Shown: in pieces, positions 1 through 8,024 of the stretch
How positions within the stretch are numbered: position 1 is the first letter of the stretch
Layout: each line of letters opens with the position of its first letter
Assembly: GCA_902626605.1 (NCBI GenBank)
Contig: CACOFZ010000002.1
Location: 89,586-153,585, forward strand
Reading direction: 5' to 3'
Source: an uncultured PS1 clade bacterium
GTDB taxonomy: Bacteria > Pseudomonadota > Alphaproteobacteria > MED-G09
Length of the DNA: 64,000 bases
Notes under the pieces: generated by a model
The model's database searches: none
Told to the model about the DNA's origin: nothing
The model's input: the letters and a program-made list of their open reading frames with translations, nothing else
Program-made: the position numbers and the translations under genes

Positions 1-595
1 TTAGATCTCTTCCTGAATACCCTATTATATGAGATGCCAATTGTTTATTAATATAAATTCTTCTCCAAACAGAATGGAACTCTACCTCAGCCACACCAGA
101 ATTTAAAATATCATAATATTGAATATCATTTATATTATCCGCAATCTCAACATAACTTTTATTCTCAAGTTTATTCAGAAGTGCATCCTTATCAAGATCG
201 GGAATTACGGCTTTTATCATTCGAGCAGTTTCTTCTGGATTAACTGGATTTCTTATAGAAGCTCTTTTTGTCTCTATTGTAGTAGCCAATAATTTATCAT
301 TTCTATCATAAATTTCTGGTAAAGGATTTTTGATTGAATTTGATATAATTTTATTTGGTTTGCTTAAAATATCGCCTGGAAAGATTGCTAGTGATGTTCC
401 CCTAACTACAAAAATTGCAAAAATAAAAATAAATAAAAACTTGGCTAAATGAACTCTTTCTCTGCTTAAGGATATTTTATCAAGATCATTTTGATTATTA
501 CTATTCTTTTTATGACTATCTTCAAATAAAAAGCTAAGATCATTGCCTGCAGAAACCTTAACATTTATAAATTTATTTTTTTTTAAATTAACCAT
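1..595 (-). CDS. ftsI: Peptidoglycan D,D-transpeptidase FtsI (PBP3), N-terminal fragment; gene continues past the left edge of the window
   Basis: ATG at 595-593 directly after the ftsL stop. Translation MVNLKKNKFINVKVSAGND...LAKFLFIFIFAIFVV has one N-terminal TM helix followed by a periplasmic region. Position matches the mraZ-rsmH-ftsL-ftsI dcw order. The frame stays open to coordinate 1; the tta at 1-3 is out of frame. Confidence 0.5.
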   Translation of the reverse strand, partial: MVNLKKNKFINVKVSAGNDLSFLFEDSHKKNSNNQNDLDKISLSRERVHLAKFLFIFIFAIFVVRGTSLAIFPGDILSKPNKIISNSIKNPLPEIYDRNDKLLATTIETKRASIRNPVNPEETARMIKAVIPDLDKDALLNKLENKSYVEIADNINDIQYYDILNSGVAEVEFHSVWRRIYINKQLASHIIGYSGRDL

Positions 596-883
596 TTAAT
601 TTTTTTCTATTTCTTGATTAATGAATTCAATGTTTTCACCTTTTGATGGTGATAGCCTAAGCTGTGGATAATATTTCTCTGATAATTTCTGTAGTCTTTC
701 AGGGCTTGTCCTAACAACCCAATCTGTTTTAAGGAGTATCTCTTTATTCTTTTCTTTTTTAAGAGAGTAATTGATATTGTTTAGCTCTCTAACTTTATCT
801 TTAATTTCATGACTAATTATTTGATTAAAAACTATTAACGAAATGAAGGTAAAAAAGAGACTATAAACAAATAATTTAAACAC
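596..883 (-). CDS. ftsL: Cell division protein FtsL-like (small bitopic membrane protein of the dcw cluster)
   Basis: 95 aa with N-terminal TM helix (LFVYSLFFTFISLIVF) followed by a coiled-coil-like region. Sits between rsmH and ftsI with an 8-nt overlap on rsmH. Confidence 0.55.
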   Translation of the reverse strand: MFKLFVYSLFFTFISLIVFNQIISHEIKDKVRELNNINYSLKKEKNKEILLKTDWVVRTSPERLQKLSEKYYPQLRLSPSKGENIEFINQEIEKN

Positions 884-1856
884 TTACACCTCCATATTTT
901 ATAAAATTATGAGAATTATCTCTTAAAATTTCTTGTGCAGATGTTCTGTACGCATATCGTAAATGAGCTGATCGAGATCTTGGATTTTCTTTTATTTCAC
1001 TTTTGGTAGGTTTTGTAACTCTCTTTGATTTATAATAAAAAGGTAATTCTGTATTACCTGAGATATATTTTTTTTCTGAAATCGAATTATATTTTATAAA
1101 ATTTTTGACAATTCTATCCTCAAGAGAATGAAATGAAATAACTACTAATCTTCCGCCTTCATTTAAAATACTTTCAGAGGCAATTAAGGCTTTATATAAT
1201 TCTTTTAATTCGTCATTTAAATAAATTCTTAATCCTTGAAAGGTCTTTGTTGAAGGGTGAATTTTTTGATATTTTCCACCTATTGAGTTTTTAATAATAT
1301 TGGATAATTCGTAAGTAGTTTGAATTTTTTTTCTTTTTCTTTGTTCAATTATATTCTTTGCAATCTTTCTTGATTTTCTCTCTTCTCCAAATAAATAAAT
1401 AATGTTTGCTAAATCTTCTTCTTTATATTTGTTTACTACATCAAATACAGTTTTTTTGTTATCGTCCATTCTCATATCTAATGGAGCATCATAACGAAAT
1501 GAAAAACCTCTTTCAGGAGTGTCAAGCTGCATTGATGAAACCCCTAAATCAATGAAAATAGCATCAACTTTTTTAATACCAAGCTTTGAAATATGATTTG
1601 TTAATTCCCCAAATCTTCCCTTTATAAGAGTTAATCTATCACCGTACAATTTATATTGATCTTCATTTAAGGAAAATACTATTGGATCTCTATCTATACC
1701 AATTACGTGACAGTCAGCACTCTCAAGAATTGCTTTAGTATGCCCTCCCGCACCTAGAGTACAATCAATATAAGTTTCATTTGATTTTGGATTTAATATT
1801 TCTAAAACCTCATTCATCATTACCGATTTATGAGTTGGAATATTATTATCCATCAA
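876..1856 (-). CDS. rsmH: 16S rRNA (cytosine1402-N4)-methyltransferase RsmH (MraW)
   Basis: 326 aa with SAM-binding motif DCTLGAGGH and the conserved RsmH core. Overlaps mraZ by 4 nt (ATGA), the typical dcw arrangement. Confidence 0.9.
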   Translation of the reverse strand: MMDNNIPTHKSVMMNEVLEILNPKSNETYIDCTLGAGGHTKAILESADCHVIGIDRDPIVFSLNEDQYKLYGDRLTLIKGRFGELTNHISKLGIKKVDAIFIDLGVSSMQLDTPERGFSFRYDAPLDMRMDDNKKTVFDVVNKYKEEDLANIIYLFGEERKSRKIAKNIIEQRKRKKIQTTYELSNIIKNSIGGKYQKIHPSTKTFQGLRIYLNDELKELYKALIASESILNEGGRLVVISFHSLEDRIVKNFIKYNSISEKKYISGNTELPFYYKSKRVTKPTKSEIKENPRSRSAHLRYAYRTSAQEILRDNSHNFIKYGGVSV

Positions 1857-2332
1857 TCTATTTCCTCAATTTTCATTTTATTTAACCCAACAGGGCCTAT
1901 AAGATTTCTATGCTCAAGGGCCTTAACCTTTGCTTTTTCTTTAAATTCATCAAAATCATTAGGGTTCCAAACTTGAAACTTTCTACCTTGACCAACGAAA
2001 ATGGCTTTATTTTTCAAGTTTGCGTGTTCTATCAAGCTTTCTGGTAAAGATATCCTTCCATCTTGATCATACGAGAGATTGTATGTATCAGCAAAGAGTG
2101 ATGTAGATAAGGCATCTGTCTCCTCTGCAAATAACTGCATTCTCTCAACACTTTCTGAAATTTGGTTTATCAACTCTAAACCTCCTCCATCAATTGATTT
2201 TGAAGTAAAGGAAGGAAATAAATAAACGCCTGGGTATCCTTGAAACTCAAGAACAGTTCGGAAAGAGGCAGGAATTGAAATTCTACCTTTAGCATCAATT
2301 TTATTGACTGCGCTTGATAAAAAAATTTTCAA
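1853..2332 (-). CDS. mraZ: Transcriptional regulator MraZ
   Basis: 159 aa with the duplicated MraZ/SpoVT-AbrB-type fold (two DxxGRxxxP-like repeats: IDAKGRISIP and YDQDGRISLP). First gene of the dcw cluster. Confidence 0.9.
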   Translation of the reverse strand: MKIFLSSAVNKIDAKGRISIPASFRTVLEFQGYPGVYLFPSFTSKSIDGGGLELINQISESVERMQLFAEETDALSTSLFADTYNLSYDQDGRISLPESLIEHANLKNKAIFVGQGRKFQVWNPNDFDEFKEKAKVKALEHRNLIGPVGLNKMKIEEID

Positions 2333-2393
2333 AAAACCCTCCAGTTTTTTTAAACAAAAGAATAACCTGATCTTATAAATGTAAGACCTAAAT

Positions 2394-2429
2394 ATGGATT
2401 ATCATGGGATATTATGGGAGTCAATGGGA
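2394..2429. promoter_or_regulatory. MraZ-operator-like array: ATGGAT / ATGGGA / ATGGGA / ATGGGA direct repeats at exact 10-bp phase (starts 2394, 2404, 2414, 2424), 62-97 bp upstream of the mraZ start
   Basis: Read directly from the sequence. Matches the TGGGN-N5 direct-repeat architecture reported for the E. coli mraZ operator. Confidence 0.5.
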
Positions 2430-2483
2430 TTTAATTAAAAAAATATGGTCTAAGTTAATTTTTAAAATTTTTTTAATTCGTTG

Positions 2484-2841
2484 GAAATGTCAGATGATTT
2501 GTAAGCCGGGTTCTGTACTTTAAAAAAAGCGATGATCATTCATCTTGAATATGCGTTACCACATACTTCTAGCAACCTACCCGAATAACTAGAATGAGAA
2601 ATCCTTTGGCTATGCCAACGTTATTCCTATTTGGTCTTGCTCCCAGTGGGGTTTACCCTGCCAAATATGTTACCATATAAGCGGTGCGCTCTTACCACAC
2701 CTTTTCACCCTTACCCTAAGGCGGTATATTTTCTGTGGCACTTTCCCTAAGGTCACCCTCGCCGGGGATTACCCGGCACTGTCTCTCATGGAGCCCGGAC
2801 TTTCCTCTTTAAAAAAAGCGATCATCCAATCATCTGACACT
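2484..2841 (-). ncRNA. rnpB: RNase P RNA, bacterial type A (rnpB)
   Basis: Minus-strand sequence contains the universal P4 strands GGAAAGUCCGGGCUCC and ACAGAACCCGGCUUA. It also contains GGUAAGGGUGAAAAGGUGUGGUAAGAGCGCACC and AGCAAGACCAAAUAGG, matching the E. coli M1 RNA core. A 13-bp P1 helix (5' GUGUCAGAUGAUU, 3' AAUCAUCUGACAU) defines the ends. Region is a GC-rich island in AT-rich DNA. Confidence 0.93.
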
Positions 2842-2845
2842 TTTT

Positions 2846-2872
2846 TTTATAAAAAAAATGAGTTTTGGTCAA
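2846..2872 (-). promoter_or_regulatory. Sigma70-type promoter for rnpB (-35 TTGACC, about 16-nt spacer, -10 TATAAA, TSS about 7 nt downstream at the predicted RNA 5' G)
   Basis: Minus-strand TTGACCaaaactcattttttTTATAAAaaaaaGUGUC read directly. Spacing is consistent with the predicted mature 5' end. Confidence 0.5.
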
Positions 2873-2884
2873 TATTTTATGAAT

Positions 2885-3493
2885 TTAAGCCCTTGCGCTT
2901 GGCCTTTCAGATAATCTCTTTTGATAGTCTTTTAAATTTTGAAACTCATCAGGAATTATAATTTTTGGCCACTTGGCAAATTCAAAACATGTAAAAGCAG
3001 TTGTGTCAGCAACAGTATATCTATCTAAACAAATAAAATTTTTACCTTCAAGTTGCTCGTTTAACCATTTAAAAAATTTAAAGACTCTTGGTTTATTTGC
3101 TTCTGACCATTCCGGTACTTGTTCTTCTAAATGTGCCATAGCTGGATGTCCATGCCTAAAAACTGATGCAATTGGTATCATCAATAAAAGCTCTAAACGT
3201 CTTTGCCACATTTCAATTTGAGCTATTTCTTTAGGATTTTCTCCAAATAAGTTTGGTTCAGGATTTAATGCCTCTATGTATCTGCATATTGCTATGGACT
3301 CTGTTATGAAAGTTCCATCATCAAGTTCAAGAGCAGGTACTTGTGATAAAGGGCTTATTTTCTTGTAATCATCTTTTTTATGGTCACCTTTCATAATATC
3401 AATAGACTTAAACGGAATATCTATATTCTTTTCAGAAAGAAATACTCTAACCCTTCTAGCATTTGGTGCTGCACCACCATCATAAAAAATCAT
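2885..3493 (-). CDS. Glutathione S-transferase
   Basis: N-terminal thioredoxin-like GST domain (LSQVPALELDDGTFITESIAICRYI) plus C-terminal helical domain. Start moved from the track's 3562 to ATG 3493, which follows the RBS GGGAGG; track ORF begins with an extension lacking RBS. Confidence 0.8.
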   Translation of the reverse strand: MIFYDGGAAPNARRVRVFLSEKNIDIPFKSIDIMKGDHKKDDYKKISPLSQVPALELDDGTFITESIAICRYIEALNPEPNLFGENPKEIAQIEMWQRRLELLLMIPIASVFRHGHPAMAHLEEQVPEWSEANKPRVFKFFKWLNEQLEGKNFICLDRYTVADTTAFTCFEFAKWPKIIIPDEFQNLKDYQKRLSERPSARA

Positions 3494-3592
3494 TTCTAAC
3501 CTCCCTTCTAAAACAATTAAAAAATTTGATGACATTCTATTTGTATTAGTTAATTTAATCATTAATTTATAATAATGCTAGGGAGAACAAAA

Positions 3593-4501
3593 ATGACAAT
3601 TGATTTTAAAGATAAAGTTGCAATCGTTACGGGAGCAGGTGGTGGATTGGGTAGGTCTCATGCTTTAGAATTGTCAAAAAGAGGTGCTAAGGTCGTTGTG
3701 AATGATCTTGGAGGATCTGTTGATGGTTCTGGAGGATCATCTGATGCAGCCGAAAAAGTTGTAAAAGAAATTATTAGTTCCGGTGGTCAAGCTATATCTA
3801 ATGGTTCATCGGTTACAGACGACAACGGTGTAAAACTAATGATTGATCAAACAATCGATGAGTATGGAAGAATTGATATACTGTTAAATAATGCTGGAAT
3901 ATTAATTGATAAGTCATTTTCTAAAATGGAAATTAATGATTTTGAAAAAGTTTTAAATGTTCACCTTATGGGAACTGTTAAACCAACAAAAGCTGTTTGG
4001 GAAATAATGAAAGAACAAAACTATGGAAGAATATTAGTTACTTCCTCATCATCTGGTTTATATGGAAACTTCGGACAAACTAATTATGGGGCAGCGAAAT
4101 TAGGTCTGGTAGGTTTTATGAATACCCTTAAGCTCGAAGGTCAAAAATATAACGTCCATGTTAATGCCCTAACTCCAGTGGCTTATACAAGGATGACTGC
4201 AAATTTAATGCCGCCTGAAGCTGAAAATTTATTAACACCTGAAAGCGTTACTCCTGCAGCAATTTATTTAGTTTCGGATGATGCTCCCAATGGAACTATT
4301 TTATGTGCTGGTGCCGGAGTCTATTCTGTTTCAAAAATTATGGAATCTGACGGATTAAGTCTTGGGCTTAATGCCACCGCTGAAGATATTGTTAATAACT
4401 GGGAAAAAATATCTAATTTTAATGAAGCAAAGTCATATAATATGGGCGGAGAGCAGACAGGTAAGGTTTTTGAAAAAGCCATGGAGACAATTGAAAAATA
4501 A
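3593..4501 (+). CDS. Short-chain dehydrogenase/reductase resembling the (3R)-hydroxyacyl-CoA dehydrogenase domain of multifunctional enzyme type 2
   Basis: VAIVTGAGGGLGRSHALELSKRGAKVVVNDLGG matches the MFE-2 N-terminal pattern. Catalytic YGAAK present. Start placed at ATG 3593 after AGGGAGA. Confidence 0.75.
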   Translation: MTIDFKDKVAIVTGAGGGLGRSHALELSKRGAKVVVNDLGGSVDGSGGSSDAAEKVVKEIISSGGQAISNGSSVTDDNGVKLMIDQTIDEYGRIDILLNNAGILIDKSFSKMEINDFEKVLNVHLMGTVKPTKAVWEIMKEQNYGRILVTSSSSGLYGNFGQTNYGAAKLGLVGFMNTLKLEGQKYNVHVNALTPVAYTRMTANLMPPEAENLLTPESVTPAAIYLVSDDAPNGTILCAGAGVYSVSKIMESDGLSLGLNATAEDIVNNWEKISNFNEAKSYNMGGEQTGKVFEKAMETIEK

Positions 4502-4517
4502 TTGATGAAATTTTTTA

Positions 4518-6002
4518 ATGAGTGACATTTCTTTTAATATAAAAAACTATATTGAAGAACCAATTATTAACGAATTTGGTTTTAGAGAATATGATGCCCG
4601 ATGGATTTATCCAAAACAAATTAATTTGAGCGGTATAAAAAAACTTGGTTATGGTCTTGGACAATTAATGATAGAAAAAAATGTCAAAAAAGAGATTGTT
4701 ATAGGCCATGATTATAGATCCTATTCTGAGGAAGTTAAAAACGCTCTTGTATCTGGTTTATTATCATACGGTATAAATGTTTTTGATATTGGATTAACTA
4801 TATCACCTGGCGCTTATTTTGCTCAATACGATTTAGATTGTAAATCTGTTGCAATGGTTACAGCTAGTCATAATGAAAATGGATGGACCGGCTTTAAAAT
4901 GGGAGTCAATAGACCTTTAACATTTGGGCCAGACTTAATGAAAAGACTTAAAGAAATATGTCTTAATGACTTAAGTCCAAAAAAAATTAATGGTAAATAT
5001 ACTTATATTGAAGGAATGAATACCAAATATATTGAGGACCTAACTAAAAGAAATAATATTAAACGTAAACTTAAAGCTGTTGTGGCTTGTGGAAACGGAA
5101 CCTCAGGTATTTTTTCTCCAGAAATATTAGAAAAAATTGGTATTGAAGTTATTAGGGTTCATTGTGACCTTGATCATACTTTTCCTAATTACAATCCTAA
5201 TCCAGAAGATCTAAAAATGCTTAAACATGTAAGCGAAGAAGTTATAGCAAATAATGCAGATATTGGTTTTGCCTTTGATGGGGATGGAGATAGGTGTGGT
5301 TATGTTGATAATAATGGTAAAGAAATTTTTTCTGATATTATGGGCTTACTTTTAGCTAGAAACTTTTCTAATAAATATAAATTTTCAAAATTTGTTGTTG
5401 ATGTTAAATCAACAGGATTATTTAATTCAGATAAAATTTTAAAAACTAATAACGCAATTGTCCAATATTGGAAAACTGGTCATAGCTATATTAAACAAAA
5501 AACCTCAGAAATATCAGCTTTAGCTGGTTTTGAAAGATCAGGTCATTATTTTTTTAATCAGCCTATTGGAAGGGGTTATGACGATGCATGTTTATCGGCA
5601 ATTGAAGTATGTAAACTTTTGGATGAAAATAAAGAAAGTAATATTGCAGATATGATTAATGACCTGCCTCATACATTCAATTCTCCAACAATGTCTTTAG
5701 AATGTGCAGATAATGTAAAATATCAAACTATCGACAAAATTTCAGATATTATTAAAAATAAATTCAAGAATAAAAGTAAAATTGCAGATCAAGAAATTCT
5801 GTCTATCTTAACAATAAATGGAATAAGATTCACTCTTGAGGATGGAAGCTGGGGTTTAATTAGAGCTTCATCAAATAAACCAAATCTTGTTGTGGTTTGT
5901 GAGAGCACCTCTTCTGAATATGTTATGAAAGAAATCTTTAAGTTTATTGATAGTTTATTAAAAAAATTTAAAGAAATTGGCTCTTATGATCAATCTATCT
6001 AA
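4518..6002 (+). CDS. Phosphomannomutase/phosphoglucomutase (alpha-D-phosphohexomutase family)
   Basis: Active-site phosphoserine loop TASHNENGW and metal-binding loop FAFDGDGDRCG. 494 aa. Confidence 0.85.
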   Translation: MSDISFNIKNYIEEPIINEFGFREYDARWIYPKQINLSGIKKLGYGLGQLMIEKNVKKEIVIGHDYRSYSEEVKNALVSGLLSYGINVFDIGLTISPGAYFAQYDLDCKSVAMVTASHNENGWTGFKMGVNRPLTFGPDLMKRLKEICLNDLSPKKINGKYTYIEGMNTKYIEDLTKRNNIKRKLKAVVACGNGTSGIFSPEILEKIGIEVIRVHCDLDHTFPNYNPNPEDLKMLKHVSEEVIANNADIGFAFDGDGDRCGYVDNNGKEIFSDIMGLLLARNFSNKYKFSKFVVDVKSTGLFNSDKILKTNNAIVQYWKTGHSYIKQKTSEISALAGFERSGHYFFNQPIGRGYDDACLSAIEVCKLLDENKESNIADMINDLPHTFNSPTMSLECADNVKYQTIDKISDIIKNKFKNKSKIADQEILSILTINGIRFTLEDGSWGLIRASSNKPNLVVVCESTSSEYVMKEIFKFIDSLLKKFKEIGSYDQSI

Positions 6003-6820
6003 AAAATTTCTAAAAACATTCTTGCCGATGTAATTAATAAAAAAATAGCAAAAATATTTGTTAAAATTTTGTTATCTAATTTATCAGCTGACTTTGCGCC
6101 AATTGGTGCTGCATAAGAAGAAATTGGTGCAATTAAAAGTAATCCAATGATGTTTACATATCCCAAGGAGCCAAGTGGTAAGTTTTCATTATTCCAACCT
6201 GTTATAATAAAAAAAATAGTTCCTGGAATTGCCAAATAAAAACCAAGACCAGAGGCGGTTCCAACTGCTCTGTGAATAGTTTTACCATACAATTTCATCA
6301 AACTAACATTAAATGTACCACCACCAATTCCTAACATTGAGGACAAGGAGCCAACTGAAAAAGGTATTAAACTTCCAAAAAAACCTTCTGGAATATCATT
6401 ACCAAGTTTAAATTCCTGTTTATTAAAAAATAGATTTACCGAAACAAAAAAAGCTATAAAGGCAAAAATAAAAGTCAGCCAAAAACCTGAAATTAGTCCA
6501 GCTATTATTGCCCCAATAATTGAGCCTAATATTGTTGGTAAAAGCCATGACTTTAAAACACTATAATCAATATTATCATTTTCTTGGTGAGATTTATATG
6601 AGCGCCAACCTGTCGGGATTATAACAGCAAGTGATGTAGCCACGGAAATATGCATAACGACCTCTTGAGGAACACCAATTAGAGACAAAAAATGATACAA
6701 CACTGGTACTACTATTATACCTCCGCCAACACCTAATAAACCAGCTATAAAACCAGAAATAAAACCAGATAATGATATTACTAACGCAAAAGGGATTAAT
6801 GAAAAAAGATCATTACTCAT
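5999..6820 (-). CDS. TauE/SafE family sulfite/anion exporter (DUF81 membrane protein)
   Basis: 273 aa, polytopic. Duplicated GxGGG-containing helices (LLGVGGGIIVVPVL and MLGIGGGTFNVSLM) are typical of TauE/SafE. Confidence 0.7.
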   Translation of the reverse strand: MSNDLFSLIPFALVISLSGFISGFIAGLLGVGGGIIVVPVLYHFLSLIGVPQEVVMHISVATSLAVIIPTGWRSYKSHQENDNIDYSVLKSWLLPTILGSIIGAIIAGLISGFWLTFIFAFIAFFVSVNLFFNKQEFKLGNDIPEGFFGSLIPFSVGSLSSMLGIGGGTFNVSLMKLYGKTIHRAVGTASGLGFYLAIPGTIFFIITGWNNENLPLGSLGYVNIIGLLLIAPISSYAAPIGAKSADKLDNKILTNIFAIFLLITSARMFLEIF

Positions 6821-7815
6821 TAAGCAGCCTGATTTTGAATTGAAATAATCTGATCTAATGCTTCCTTCAAAACTTTTGGGTCGTCTCTTCTTCTTGGCGC
6901 TTCATGACTCAAATAACTTCTCCATAGTTTTGCTCCTCTACAACCATGAAATAAACCAAACATATTTTGTGTTACTATATTAATCGGAACGTTATTTTTT
7001 ACACAAATTTCTAGATAAGAAATCATTTCCTCAACAATCTCAATTCTTGATGGTAGCTTTTTATCATCGTTGAAGAAAATTTTATCAACATCTATAATAG
7101 AATATGGGTTTTCTTGAACAGCTCTTCCCAACATAACACCATCAAGTTCAATTCCCTTTGACTTAGAAATCTCTTTTTTACCCTCATAAGGACTTAAAAT
7201 GCCCCCATTTAAAACTATATTTAATTCAGGCCATTTTCTTTTTATCATTCTAACTATATCATAATCTAAGGGAGGAATTTCTCTGTTTTGCTTAGGATCT
7301 AAACCATCCAACATAGCTTTTCTAGCATGTATAATATAGGTTGAAACTCCAGTATTTTTGGTAGTTTCAACAAACTCCGTTAACATTTCATCAGGATTGT
7401 GATCATCAATACCTATTCTACACTTAATAGTTACTGGTATTTTTACTTTTTCTTTAATTCTCTCAACACATTCTGCAACTAATTTAGGATGAGCCATTAA
7501 GCAAACCCCAAAATTTCCAGCCTGAACTCTCTTAGATGGACAACCAATATTTAAATTAATTTCATCATAACCATATTGCTCTCCAATTAGAGCTGCCTTG
7601 GACAAAGTCAAGGGATCTGATCCAGCTAACTGGAGCGCTACAGGATGTTCAACTTCATCAAATCCTAACAAAAAATCTTTGTCACCATAGATTATTGAAT
7701 CGGCAACAACCATTTCAGTGTAAAGCCTCGCATATTTACTAAACTTTCTAAAAAAGAAACGACAATGTCGATTTGTGACATCAATCATAGGTGCGATACA
7801 AAACTTATGAGACAT
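6820..7815 (-). CDS. dusA: tRNA-dihydrouridine(20/20a) synthase DusA
   Basis: FCIAPMIDVTNRHCRFFFR matches the DusA N-terminal signature (APMLDWTDRHCRYFHR); TIM-barrel Dus core. Start set at ATG 7815 (preceded by AGGGAA). The track start at 7839 is a TTG. Confidence 0.85.
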   Translation of the reverse strand: MSHKFCIAPMIDVTNRHCRFFFRKFSKYARLYTEMVVADSIIYGDKDFLLGFDEVEHPVALQLAGSDPLTLSKAALIGEQYGYDEINLNIGCPSKRVQAGNFGVCLMAHPKLVAECVERIKEKVKIPVTIKCRIGIDDHNPDEMLTEFVETTKNTGVSTYIIHARKAMLDGLDPKQNREIPPLDYDIVRMIKRKWPELNIVLNGGILSPYEGKKEISKSKGIELDGVMLGRAVQENPYSIIDVDKIFFNDDKKLPSRIEIVEEMISYLEICVKNNVPINIVTQNMFGLFHGCRGAKLWRSYLSHEAPRRRDDPKVLKEALDQIISIQNQAA

Positions 7816-8024
7816 TTTTAAAAATTCCCTAATCCCCAATTAATAATATATTAATCATAATTCAAAAAAAATTGAAAAATTATAATCTCTATACTGTATT
7901 TCTTTAGTTAATAACAATAATTTATAGTATTAATTCAGTATAATAATTTAATTATTATATAAATTTTATATTAAGTTAATATATTTCAAATATTAAATAA
8001 TAAGCTTTTAAGAACAAATAATCC

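Noticed and set aside
1-3. The tta at 1-3 read as a minus-strand stop codon, which would make 1-595 a complete 198-aa gene
   Set aside because: Frame arithmetic from the ATG at 595-593 puts codons at 4-2, not 3-1. The ORF therefore runs off the window edge, and the six-frame track lists no complete ORF there. It is treated as a partial ftsI.
2973-3221. Small antisense ORFs from the six-frame track nested inside well-supported genes (for example 2973-3221, 8342-8557, 12739-13017, 13199-13402, 14357-14626, 25370-25699, 34603-34899, 41442-41780, 45931-46338, 58045-58371)
   Set aside because: Each lies wholly within, and opposite to, a gene with clear family motifs. They have low-complexity or unusual composition and lack RBS. 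This is expected by chance in AT-rich DNA where stop codons on the antisense strand are depleted in some frames.
7840-8024. Fur box, Pho box or cobalamin/TPP riboswitch in the TBDR leader
   Set aside because: Only weak AT-rich partial matches (for example attaatcataatt, ctgtat). No GC-rich conserved riboswitch cores. Cannot be supported without profile searches.
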